A stretch of DNA of 64,000 nucleotides. Origin: Fibrobacteria bacterium. GTDB lineage: Bacteria > Fibrobacterota > Fibrobacteria > UBA11236 > JADFYW01. A program made the translations under genes and the position numbers. Positions within the stretch are counted from its first letter, which is position 1. Every line of letters begins with the position of its first letter. Below, one piece after another: positions 17,534 through 26,763 of the stretch. The DNA lies in the NCBI GenBank assembly GCA_050294405.1, contig JBNKOC010000012.1:576001-640000 (forward strand). The letters run 5' to 3'. A model generated the notes under the pieces. That model was not told the DNA's origin and did no database searches. It saw only the letters and a program-made list of their open reading frames with translations.

Positions 17534-20500
17534 ATGCAAGGCTTGTATAAACATTGCAACAGACTTTTCAGCCTATGGATTATCCTGGGCTGTGGTTTAA
17601 TGGCCTTGCCTGCGTTTGCCAAATACAAACAATTTATTCTTGGAGATGATTCTCATTTAAACTCGGCAAACTCCGGGGTCAATTATGGTTCCACCCAATG
17701 GCTTTATGTAGGTAAAATTGGTACCGGAGCTAATGCAGATAGAGGTCCCTATAGGCCGGCCATAAAATTCCCAATTGATGATTCGCTTCCAAGCAATGCC
17801 ATTATTGACAGTGCGGATATCTATCTATACATGATAGCCCAAAATGGGGCCGCAGATAATATTGCTGTCTATGTGATTCTTCAAAGTTGGTTGGAAGGAA
17901 GTGCGGACGGAACAGCTCAGGACGGATCTGTAACATGGAATTCCAGGCAACACAATGTAAGTACCTGGAATTCAGGAGGGGCTAGCACTACAGGAACAGA
18001 CCGAAATGCCGCAGCAGAAGCTAGCGTTTCTGTAGGCACCATCAATAGTTGGTATACATGGAGAGTGACTTCTGCGGTGCAGGATTGGGTGGATGGAACC
18101 CAAGCTAATAACGGACTTTTGTTTATTGGAACAGAAAACTCCAATCTAAGAAAACAGTTTAATTCCCTTGAAAGCGGTAATGCGGAGCTTCCCTATTTTG
18201 ATGTATGGTATCGAGTGTATCCTGTGATTACCGGATTAAGCGGCGCCGCTTCTGCATCTGCAAGCCAGGACGACTCCAGCTATGTATCTGTATATTACGA
18301 GGTGGGAGATAATGATGATTCCTGGGTGGTTGTCACTATGGAATATCAGGTAGGTGGTGCGGGAGGGTGGACCGCCTTAACCAATACCACAGGAGACATA
18401 GATACTGTGGATGCTAATTCCCAAAATGCAGATAGAACAGTGTTGTGGGATGCCAAGACCCAATTAGGTTCCAGCATTGATGATACATATGCCATTCGAA
18501 TTGTGGCTTCCGATTCGGAAGGAAATGCGGACACAGTAGTAACCTCCTCTTTTTTAATTGATACGGAAGATCCAACTACTTTAGCGAACTTGGCAGTGGT
18601 TGATTCTGGCGTGGCCAGTGCGGATTTGCAGTGGACCGCTGCTGTGGAAAGCCATTTTAGCCATTACGAAATTTGGTATGGCACAGATAAGGATGCTGTG
18701 AATGACAGAAGTGTGAGCGCCTTTCGCTGGAGCACAGATGAAGACGCTACGATGTCCACTATTTCTACCACCAGTGCAACGGTGTTGTTATTGGAATATT
18801 TGACCAAATATTATTTTAAAATGTGGGCCCTGGATAGCGCTGGCAATGAATACGCTTCAAACATTGACAGTATGACCACTCTTACAACTACGGCGCCCCT
18901 TGTAACAGGCTGGGATCCTTCCTCCAAGCCTAATGTTTTGCAATATAATACAGATAGTGCGTATGTGGGCTATGAAATTTGGGATGCGGACGATTCCACT
19001 TTGCAGGTGGAATTCGAAATGCGCTGGAAAGATGAAGCTAGTTGGCGTAACTGGACGACCATGTCAGCCTATGTAAATGGCGACACTGGGTATGTCGCGG
19101 TGGATATTGTTAAGGATCAAACAATATATTGGGATGTAAGGGGACAATTTGGCTCCATAGATTCCACAGCGTTTGTGAGAATTATTGTAACGGACTCGGC
19201 AAACAATAAGGATACGGCAACATCGGTAGAGTTTATAATTGATACAGAGGCTCCGACGTTCTCACCAACTTTATCTTCCCCTTCTAAAACGGCATCCACC
19301 GTGGATTTACAGTGGTCAGCTACAGCAAGCGATACTCATTTTAATCATTATGAAATATGGTATGGAACCAGCCAGGCTAATGTTCAAAGCCGAAGCAATG
19401 CCGCGGAGTGGGATGAGGATAATGACGCTGCGCTTACCACTGCGTCCACCACCAGCACCTCCATTTACGGTCTTCTAGCTAATACCACCTATTATTTTAA
19501 AATTTGGGCTGTGGATGACTATGGGAACGAAACTACAGTTGTTGATATTAATGTAACTACGGACGCCACCGCCACCACCCAGCTAACAGATGTATCTGAC
19601 AACATGATGGAAGATGATAATCCGAATTTTAACTACGGAGGAGATGCCACCCACGGAGGAGCCACCGCAGGAAAAGTGGGCTCTGGCGGGGGCGGGTACT
19701 TGCAACGCACCCTTGTTAAAATAAATAATATTAGCGATGTTCCCGCCGGGGCAACCATAGTGTCAGCTACCTTTAATGCCTATGCGGCAACTGTGGGATC
19801 CACAAATGGCTATAATATTGGCATGTACCGGGTGCTTCGGGATTGGAACGAAGGGACCGCAACCGGAGTGGATCAGGCAAATCAAAGCAACTGGAATGAC
19901 TATGCTGACGAAAATAACTGGACTACAGCCGGGGCAAGCAGTACTGGAAATGATATAACAACTGTAATCACCAGCACCACAGTTAGTACTGTAGGTTGGT
20001 ATTCTTGGGATATAACTGCGGATTTTGCAGCCTGGCACAATGGCACTAACCCAAATTACGGGATGTTGTTTATGTCCGCTTCCGAGGGGACAAATGATTC
20101 CTATAAAAATTTTAATTCCGCAGAGGGGGCGAATGTGCCCTATGTGGATGTTACCTATGTTATGGAACCCCCTCAGGTTTCCGGACTTAGCGATACCACT
20201 CTTATTACAGCCTATCAAAACAATGCAGATACTGCTATTGTTAAATATGAATTATCCGATCCAAATGATTTAACAGCCACCGTTAGCTTGCAGTACAAAC
20301 TAAGCGGTGGAAGTTGGACCAGTACCTCCAATACATCTGGAGATATTGGTGCTGGAATTCCTGCTGACAATGAATTTGCTGACAGAACCATTTACTGGGA
20401 TGTCCGAACAAATTTGGGAATCGGAGTAGACGGAACCTATAAGTTGAGAGTCATTGCCAATGATGGAACATTGGCTGACACTACTGAAAGTAATTGGATA

Positions 20501-23206
20501 GGCCTTGACACAAAAGACCCGCTTGGGTTGGCTAATTTCGTAGTGGCGGATTCTTTTAGTTATTCCATGGATTTTAATTGGACGGCAGTTACAACAGAAG
20601 GACATTTCAGCCATTATGAAATTTGGTATGGTTCCAATAAAACAGACGTGTCGAATCGTTCCGGAACAGCTCAGGAATGGGATGGTGATAATAATAATGG
20701 AATGAACACAGCCTCTACCAATACTATGATTATTACGGGACTTAGCTCCTCCACTAAATACTATTTTAAAATTTGGGTAGTGGATTCCATGACCAACGAA
20801 GCCACCACAGGGATGGATAGCGCTACAACTTTAGACGATCCTATTCCAACAGTTACCGGGTGGTCTCAGGCAAGTGTGGTGAATGCCAGTCAAATTAATC
20901 CTGATACAGTACAAGTGGGATATCAGGTGGTGGATATTGATGACTCTCTTGCGGTATGCGGATTGCAGTACACAGCTACATCTCCAATATCCTGGGCGAA
21001 TGCGACCACAGTTACAGGTGATGTGGATACGGTGGTTACAGGCGTTTCTTATAATGATACCATATATTGGAACGCATTAACGGATTTAGGCGCTGGAATT
21101 GATGCCAGCTACTATGTTCGCGTCCATTGCGTGGACGATACCAGTTTTGCGGATACCACCCAATCCGCCAGCTTTTCCATTGATTTTGTATCTCCTGTGG
21201 GTTTAGCTTCTCTAACCGCAGGGACAACGGATGCAACAAGTTCAGGTTTGTCCTGGACATCGGTGTCTACGGAATCCCACTTTAGCCATTATGAAATATG
21301 GTATGGGACCAACCAGTCGGATGTGCAAAATAGAACAGGCACGGCCCTGGAGTGGACTGTAACAGAGGACGCTACTCTGGCCGCTCAGGCAACAGATACT
21401 ACTACTGTTACCTCTTTGGTGCCAAATTCCACTTACTATTTTAAAATTTGGGCTGTGGATTCTGCGGGAAATGAAACCACAGTAGCTGATGTTAATGTAG
21501 CAACATCGGCAACCAATGATCCGGTTGTCACAGGTCCCTCCAATGCACCAAAAATTGCCGCTACCCAATACTCCACCAGCGATGTTAGGATTCGCTACGA
21601 GGTGGATGATGCCGATGACGCCAGTGTGACGGTTTCTGCGGAATATTTTTTATATGCGGGATCGGGCTGGACTTCTTTAACAAATACATCGGGGGATATT
21701 GGCTCTGTAACAACATCTCCCACAAATCAAGACACCATAATATGGACCGCGGCCACTCAATTGGGAAGCATTGATTCGGTTTATCAAATAAGAGTGATAG
21801 CTACAGATGGAGGTGTTTTAGATACTTTGGCCAGCGATACCTTTGCCATTGATACCAAAGCCCCATCCGGTTTGGCTTCTTTTTCAGCCACAGATACAAC
21901 GGGGGTTAGTATTAGCTTGGGATGGACTGCAGCCACAGATAGAAACTTCAGCAACTATGAAATTTGGTACGGGACAAATCAAACTGATGTGCAAAACAGA
22001 ACGGGAACTGCAACAGAATGGGATGGTGCTGATGATGGGAACCTAAATTCAGCCACTACCTCGGCTACTACAATAACAAGTCTTTCCATCGGAACTTCCT
22101 ATTATTTTAAGATTTGGGCTTTGGATAACATTGGCAACGAGAGCACATTGGCCGATATTAATGTAAGTACCAAATCACAAGTGGCAGCAAATTGGAGTAA
22201 AACTTCCATTGGAGAGGTTAAGGGAGGGGCGGTAGGTTTATCCAGGTTATATGTTACTGTGGGAAGTCCCAACTTTAGGCTAATTAGCTATAATTTGTCC
22301 ACAGGTGCCCAAAGTTGGTTTTTCTCAACGGTGGCCTATGGCGCGGCCAATCGACCTAGCTACATATATTCCGGTGGGGTGTACAAAATATTGCTATCGG
22401 CTGGTAATTTTTTAATTGGGCGGCAGGATAACGTAACCTCATCTTCGGCGCTATTCACTACTATAGATTTTGGCACCACGGTGGGGGTTCCTTATGCGAG
22501 CCCGGATGATTCCACTTTTTATGTTACTTATACAAATGCCATTACCAGAAGAATGATTTCCGGGGGAAGCGTTGTGTCGGGATGGCCCCAGACGCTATCA
22601 AATGTGAGTACTAATGCCGACCCGGTGGTGGAGAATGATGCTATTTATGTGGCTACAACAAGTGGCATGGTGTATAGCTATGATGTAGATGGAACACAAG
22701 GGCCTTCTTTCAATGCTGGGGCTAATGTATCTCAACCCATGGTGGCTGGAGATGGCATACTGTACATTGCCCCCAACAGCGCTAATTTATATGCGGTGAA
22801 TGCCTCTACCATGAGTGCAGTGTGGACACCATCAGCGGTAAGCCTGGATGCTTCTAATACGGGAGCCCCCTACGTGGATAAAGATTTAGCGGCCATATAT
22901 GTGGCCGTGGGAAATAAAGTTCAAAAAATTAACAATAATGGAGCCACCGCCAGTGTGGAGTGGACTTTTGATGCGGGTGACAATATCAGCTCAAGCCCGG
23001 TGGTCAAAAATGGAGTGGTATATTTTGGTAGGGACAATGGCAGATACTATGCCATAAATGATGCGGCTACACCCACAGCTGTAACCAATTGGCCCTATGC
23101 AGATATTAGCGGTGACGCGGATATGGGACCATGGATTGATGTCACCAACAACCAGGTGATTTTTGGCACAAGCGGCCAGAACCTCGATGCCTTTAATTTG
23201 GAATAG
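17534..23206 (+). CDS. Giant secreted/surface protein B, a colinear paralogue of protein A
   Basis: Signal peptide (..PAFA), two DNRLRE-like domains, five (H/N)YEIWYG FN3 repeats alternating with Ig-like units, propeller tail VVYFGRDNGRYYA. Confidence 0.85.
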   Translation: MQGLYKHCNRLFSLWIILGCGLMALPAFAKYKQFILGDDSHLNSANSGVNYGSTQWLYVGKIGTGANADRGPYRPAIKFPIDDSLPSNAIIDSADIYLYMIAQNGAADNIAVYVILQSWLEGSADGTAQDGSVTWNSRQHNVSTWNSGGASTTGTDRNAAAEASVSVGTINSWYTWRVTSAVQDWVDGTQANNGLLFIGTENSNLRKQFNSLESGNAELPYFDVWYRVYPVITGLSGAASASASQDDSSYVSVYYEVGDNDDSWVVVTMEYQVGGAGGWTALTNTTGDIDTVDANSQNADRTVLWDAKTQLGSSIDDTYAIRIVASDSEGNADTVVTSSFLIDTEDPTTLANLAVVDSGVASADLQWTAAVESHFSHYEIWYGTDKDAVNDRSVSAFRWSTDEDATMSTISTTSATVLLLEYLTKYYFKMWALDSAGNEYASNIDSMTTLTTTAPLVTGWDPSSKPNVLQYNTDSAYVGYEIWDADDSTLQVEFEMRWKDEASWRNWTTMSAYVNGDTGYVAVDIVKDQTIYWDVRGQFGSIDSTAFVRIIVTDSANNKDTATSVEFIIDTEAPTFSPTLSSPSKTASTVDLQWSATASDTHFNHYEIWYGTSQANVQSRSNAAEWDEDNDAALTTASTTSTSIYGLLANTTYYFKIWAVDDYGNETTVVDINVTTDATATTQLTDVSDNMMEDDNPNFNYGGDATHGGATAGKVGSGGGGYLQRTLVKINNISDVPAGATIVSATFNAYAATVGSTNGYNIGMYRVLRDWNEGTATGVDQANQSNWNDYADENNWTTAGASSTGNDITTVITSTTVSTVGWYSWDITADFAAWHNGTNPNYGMLFMSASEGTNDSYKNFNSAEGANVPYVDVTYVMEPPQVSGLSDTTLITAYQNNADTAIVKYELSDPNDLTATVSLQYKLSGGSWTSTSNTSGDIGAGIPADNEFADRTIYWDVRTNLGIGVDGTYKLRVIANDGTLADTTESNWIGLDTKDPLGLANFVVADSFSYSMDFNWTAVTTEGHFSHYEIWYGSNKTDVSNRSGTAQEWDGDNNNGMNTASTNTMIITGLSSSTKYYFKIWVVDSMTNEATTGMDSATTLDDPIPTVTGWSQASVVNASQINPDTVQVGYQVVDIDDSLAVCGLQYTATSPISWANATTVTGDVDTVVTGVSYNDTIYWNALTDLGAGIDASYYVRVHCVDDTSFADTTQSASFSIDFVSPVGLASLTAGTTDATSSGLSWTSVSTESHFSHYEIWYGTNQSDVQNRTGTALEWTVTEDATLAAQATDTTTVTSLVPNSTYYFKIWAVDSAGNETTVADVNVATSATNDPVVTGPSNAPKIAATQYSTSDVRIRYEVDDADDASVTVSAEYFLYAGSGWTSLTNTSGDIGSVTTSPTNQDTIIWTAATQLGSIDSVYQIRVIATDGGVLDTLASDTFAIDTKAPSGLASFSATDTTGVSISLGWTAATDRNFSNYEIWYGTNQTDVQNRTGTATEWDGADDGNLNSATTSATTITSLSIGTSYYFKIWALDNIGNESTLADINVSTKSQVAANWSKTSIGEVKGGAVGLSRLYVTVGSPNFRLISYNLSTGAQSWFFSTVAYGAANRPSYIYSGGVYKILLSAGNFLIGRQDNVTSSSALFTTIDFGTTVGVPYASPDDSTFYVTYTNAITRRMISGGSVVSGWPQTLSNVSTNADPVVENDAIYVATTSGMVYSYDVDGTQGPSFNAGANVSQPMVAGDGILYIAPNSANLYAVNASTMSAVWTPSAVSLDASNTGAPYVDKDLAAIYVAVGNKVQKINNNGATASVEWTFDAGDNISSSPVVKNGVVYFGRDNGRYYAINDAATPTAVTNWPYADISGDADMGPWIDVTNNQVIFGTSGQNLDAFNLE

Positions 23207-23407
23207 TCTTATCTCTAAAAATATTTGTAAATCCAGTTTTATGGGTTTTAAAAAAATTGGCCTTGAATACTAAAAGAGCCATTTATTAGCAATTTTCCGC
23301 TAAAAATTCTCATTAGGGGAAGAGTTCTTTATCCCTGCTTTGCTATTTTGTAAAAAATAAGCAAATTTTACTTTTAATCAGAAAATGGAAAAAGGCAGTA
23401 GGTTATA

Positions 23408-24604
23408 ATGAGCCCAGAAGAGCAGCTAGAGATTTTAAAACGCGGTGTGGTGGAAATCGTATCCGAAGAAGAACTTTTAAATAAACTTAAAAAAAATAAG
23501 CCCCTTAACATAAAACTGGGTGTGGACCCAACTGCCCCAGATGTACATTTGGGGTTTACAGTTGTCATGCGCAAGCTGCGGGCTTTTCAGGATTTGGGGC
23601 ATCAGGTTATTTTGATTGTGGGGGATTATACCGCCACTGTTGGAGACCCTTCTGGTAAAAACAAAACCCGTCCCATGTTAACCCATCAGGAAGTTTTAGA
23701 TCATGCCAAAACCTATCAGGAACAATTTTTTAAAATTGTGGATAGAGCTAAAACCAAGGTGGTTTATAATGGGGAGTGGTTTGGTAAACTGAGTTTTGCA
23801 GAAACCACTAAATTAATGTCCCAAATTACTGTGGCCCAAATGCTGGAGCGAGAGGATTTCCAAAACAGGTATAAGGGAGGTCAACCCATAAGCCTCCATG
23901 AATTTTTGTATCCCATGATGCAGGGTTACGATTCTGTGATGATTGAAGCCGATGTGGAACTGGGCGGCACTGACCAAAAATTTAATGTGCTTCGCGGACG
24001 TGAGCTCCAAAAAAATGCAGGCCAAGAGGCGCAAGTAGGTTTGTTTATGCCAATTCTTTTAGGCACCGATGGCCAGGAAAAAATGAGTAAAAGCCTGGGG
24101 AATTATATAGGTATCAACGAGCCTGCACAAACCATGTATCACAAGCTTTACAATTTGCCAGATTCGCTGGTCACCGAGTATTTCACTCTTCTAACCGATG
24201 TATCTATTGCAGAAATAAACGATTATAAAACAGGATTGGAAAATGGAAGTCTAAATCCCATAGAGCTAAAAACAAAACTAGCATTAAATATTGTTTCGCA
24301 ATATCACGGAGAAAAGGCAGCGCAAGAAGCTGCCGAAGCAGAAAAGAAAATTCACAGCGGTGAAATTTTGCCCGATGATATTCCGGTACTAAAAATTGCC
24401 TCTGGAGAGCACTGGATACCTGCTCTAATGACGGAAGGGAAACTGTTCAGCTCAAATGGAGAAGGGCGTCGCATGATTCAAAACGGAGGCGTGGTTGTGG
24501 ATGGGGAGAAAATATCAGATCCCAAAGCACAACTCAGGGTTAGTTCTGAGCATGTTATTAAAGTTGGAAAGAGAAAATTTTTAAAAGTAGTGGCCAGCAA
24601 TTAA
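23408..24604 (+). CDS. tyrS: Tyrosine--tRNA ligase
   Basis: [12 protein letters not shown] (HIGH-like), KMSKS, C-terminal S4 domain. Confidence 0.97.
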   Translation: MSPEEQLEILKRGVVEIVSEEELLNKLKKNKPLNIKLGVDPTAPDVHLGFTVVMRKLRAFQDLGHQVILIVGDYTATVGDPSGKNKTRPMLTHQEVLDHAKTYQEQFFKIVDRAKTKVVYNGEWFGKLSFAETTKLMSQITVAQMLEREDFQNRYKGGQPISLHEFLYPMMQGYDSVMIEADVELGGTDQKFNVLRGRELQKNAGQEAQVGLFMPILLGTDGQEKMSKSLGNYIGINEPAQTMYHKLYNLPDSLVTEYFTLLTDVSIAEINDYKTGLENGSLNPIELKTKLALNIVSQYHGEKAAQEAAEAEKKIHSGEILPDDIPVLKIASGEHWIPALMTEGKLFSSNGEGRRMIQNGGVVVDGEKISDPKAQLRVSSEHVIKVGKRKFLKVVASN

Positions 24605-24612
24605 CCCTAAAT

Positions 24613-25053
24613 ATGACCACTGGCGCTAAAAAATCGGATATGAATTGGACTATATTGTTTATTTGCTGGCTTTTCGCCAGCGTCTCTGTAGCAGGCTCTG
24701 TTTTTTTTAGCGAAGTCCTAAAATTTCCGCCCTGTAAACTATGTTGGTATCAAAGGATTTGCTTATTTCCTCTGGTGCCTATTTTGTTAGCGGCTTTATT
24801 TCCATTTAACAAAAGCGTAGTTAAATTTTCTTTGCCGTTGGCCATAATAGGGTGGCTTATCGCTGTGTATCATAATTTGCTATACATTGGCATTATTCCC
24901 AAATCCTTACAGCCCTGCGGTAAAGATTTATCTTGTACGGATGTTCAATTAAATGTTTTTGGTTTTATTACCATACCTTTACTTTCGCTACTTGCTTTCA
25001 GCCTGATTGTAGGGCTTTTGGTTTGGCTTCAAAGGAGACTTAAAAATGAATAA
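24613..25053 (+). CDS. dsbB: Disulfide bond formation protein B (DsbB/BdbC)
   Basis: PCKLCWYQRI, second Cys pair PC....C, four TM segments. Confidence 0.92.
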   Translation: MTTGAKKSDMNWTILFICWLFASVSVAGSVFFSEVLKFPPCKLCWYQRICLFPLVPILLAALFPFNKSVVKFSLPLAIIGWLIAVYHNLLYIGIIPKSLQPCGKDLSCTDVQLNVFGFITIPLLSLLAFSLIVGLLVWLQRRLKNE

Positions 25054-25699
25054 GTTGATAATTGTGGTGGGTTCAATTCTGGTTATTGTACTTGCTTTTT
25101 TAATAGGGGGTTTTTTCTATAAAAAAAGTGTGGTGGAAAGCGTTTCCAATTTAGGGGAGGCGAATGCAGCTCCTTTTGTAAGGGAATATTCTCAAACCTT
25201 AGGAGATCCTAATGCCAAAGTAATTTTAGTGGAGTTTTTTGATCCTGCCTGCGAAACCTGTGCGGCCTTTTATCCCTTTGTAAAAAAAATGATGTCTCAG
25301 AATCCAGGCAAAATCAGGCTTGTTGTTCGCTATGCCCCTTTTCATAAAGGAGCTGATTATTTCGTTAAGATTCTGGAAGCAGCCCGCAAACAAAATTTGT
25401 ATTGGGAAACATTGGAGACCATGTATAAAACCCAGCAGTTCTGGGCTAGTCACCACAATCCAAGGCCAGAATTGATTTGGCAATTCCTTCAGGCCACCAA
25501 ATTAGATTTGGACCAGATTAAAACAGATATGGAGGATCCGGGTATCGCAAAAATTCTGGAGACGGACCTTGGAGATGCGGACTCCCTTAATGTTACTAAA
25601 ACTCCGGGATTTTTTGTAAATGGGAAACCCCTTGTTGAATTTGGTTACGGAAATTTGCGAAATCTAATAGAATCAGAAGTCGCAGCCCAATACCCCTAA
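25046..25699 (+). CDS. DsbA/BdbD family thiol-disulfide oxidoreductase
   Basis: N-terminal TM, EFFDPACETC, cis-Pro TPGFFVNG. Overlaps dsbB. Confidence 0.9.
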   Translation: MNKLIIVVGSILVIVLAFLIGGFFYKKSVVESVSNLGEANAAPFVREYSQTLGDPNAKVILVEFFDPACETCAAFYPFVKKMMSQNPGKIRLVVRYAPFHKGADYFVKILEAARKQNLYWETLETMYKTQQFWASHHNPRPELIWQFLQATKLDLDQIKTDMEDPGIAKILETDLGDADSLNVTKTPGFFVNGKPLVEFGYGNLRNLIESEVAAQYP

Positions 25700-25708
25700 G
25701 GGGAAATA

Positions 25709-26749
25709 TTAATTCCCAAGTATTTGAATAGTTCCGCTTTCAACTGATTTGTTGGAAAGGGCAACCTTGTATACATATTTTCCTGGTGCGGGCTTTGGGG
25801 TTAGTTTCAAGATACCATAGTTATCTGTTTCACCGGAGAAAATATTTTTACCCTGGGTATCATAAAGACGAACTAAAGTATTAGCCATTCCCAAATACCA
25901 ATTCATTTCTGCCTTGGATTTAAAAATTAATTTTTTAGAGAGTTGGGAAGGGTTGCGCTTTTGAATACTGGTACTGGTATCCTCGGGCACCGTATCTGTT
26001 TCTAAAGGGTGTAGCCAACGCATGGCCTGGATGAGTTGTTTTTGAAATTCCGGAGTGCTTATAGAACCCAAATCGTGCCCACCAGCTGTATAATAAATTC
26101 GCCCTTCCCCCTGTGTTCTAACCCAGGTCCAGGGCACCAAGAGGGTTTCTTCCAGAGCCCACATCAATGTATCTAAATCGTCTTTTAAAAAATCATGTAA
26201 CCTTCCCTCGTCATCAAAGGGATAGGGCTCAAGGCCTTCTACAGCGGGGTGCTCCGATTCAATAGGCTGGACATCCGCTAGGCCAGGTCCGTGTTCGGTC
26301 CAGGTGGCTCCAATTAGATTAATATAGCCCTCATTTTGAATCCAGGCACTGGAAGCTGCATGTATGGCAAGAAAGGCGTTTCCAGCTTCAACCCATTCCA
26401 CTAAATCATCATCTTGCTGCTGAGTTAAATTGGGAAGGCCAGCCTGGGCTCCTTTGAGTCCGGTCCAAACCATAAGGATGTCGTAATTATCTAAAGTATC
26501 TTTCACAAAAACTTCATTAATATCCTCTCTATAAGTGACAGAAAAGCCGGAATCTGTAAGTACAGGAACAAACTCATCCCGTTGAGCCGAAACATTGTGG
26601 CTGGAGTTGTCCCCTCCCATCCAAAGGATTTTTACAGACGCTGAATTTTCCTGGGAAAGAATAGGAACAACCAACAAGGCGCTAAACAAAAAAAGAAATG
26701 TTTTTATAAACATAATATGGAAATTATTTAAGCTTTTAAAATAGGACAT
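25709..26749 (-). CDS. Secreted ThuA-like domain protein with CTD
   Basis: Signal peptide, GG..SH, AIHAAS, WVRTQGEGRIYYTAGGH, C-terminal LYDTQGK..PGKYVY. The start may be 26713. Confidence 0.8.
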   Translation of the reverse strand: MSYFKSLNNFHIMFIKTFLFLFSALLVVPILSQENSASVKILWMGGDNSSHNVSAQRDEFVPVLTDSGFSVTYREDINEVFVKDTLDNYDILMVWTGLKGAQAGLPNLTQQQDDDLVEWVEAGNAFLAIHAASSAWIQNEGYINLIGATWTEHGPGLADVQPIESEHPAVEGLEPYPFDDEGRLHDFLKDDLDTLMWALEETLLVPWTWVRTQGEGRIYYTAGGHDLGSISTPEFQKQLIQAMRWLHPLETDTVPEDTSTSIQKRNPSQLSKKLIFKSKAEMNWYLGMANTLVRLYDTQGKNIFSGETDNYGILKLTPKPAPGKYVYKVALSNKSVESGTIQILGN

Positions 26750-26763
26750 TGCAAGAAACTCCC

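Noticed and set aside
23207..23407. Second precursor after giant protein B
   Set aside because: Only a 10-codon ORF was found, with no YxxP motif or Cys.
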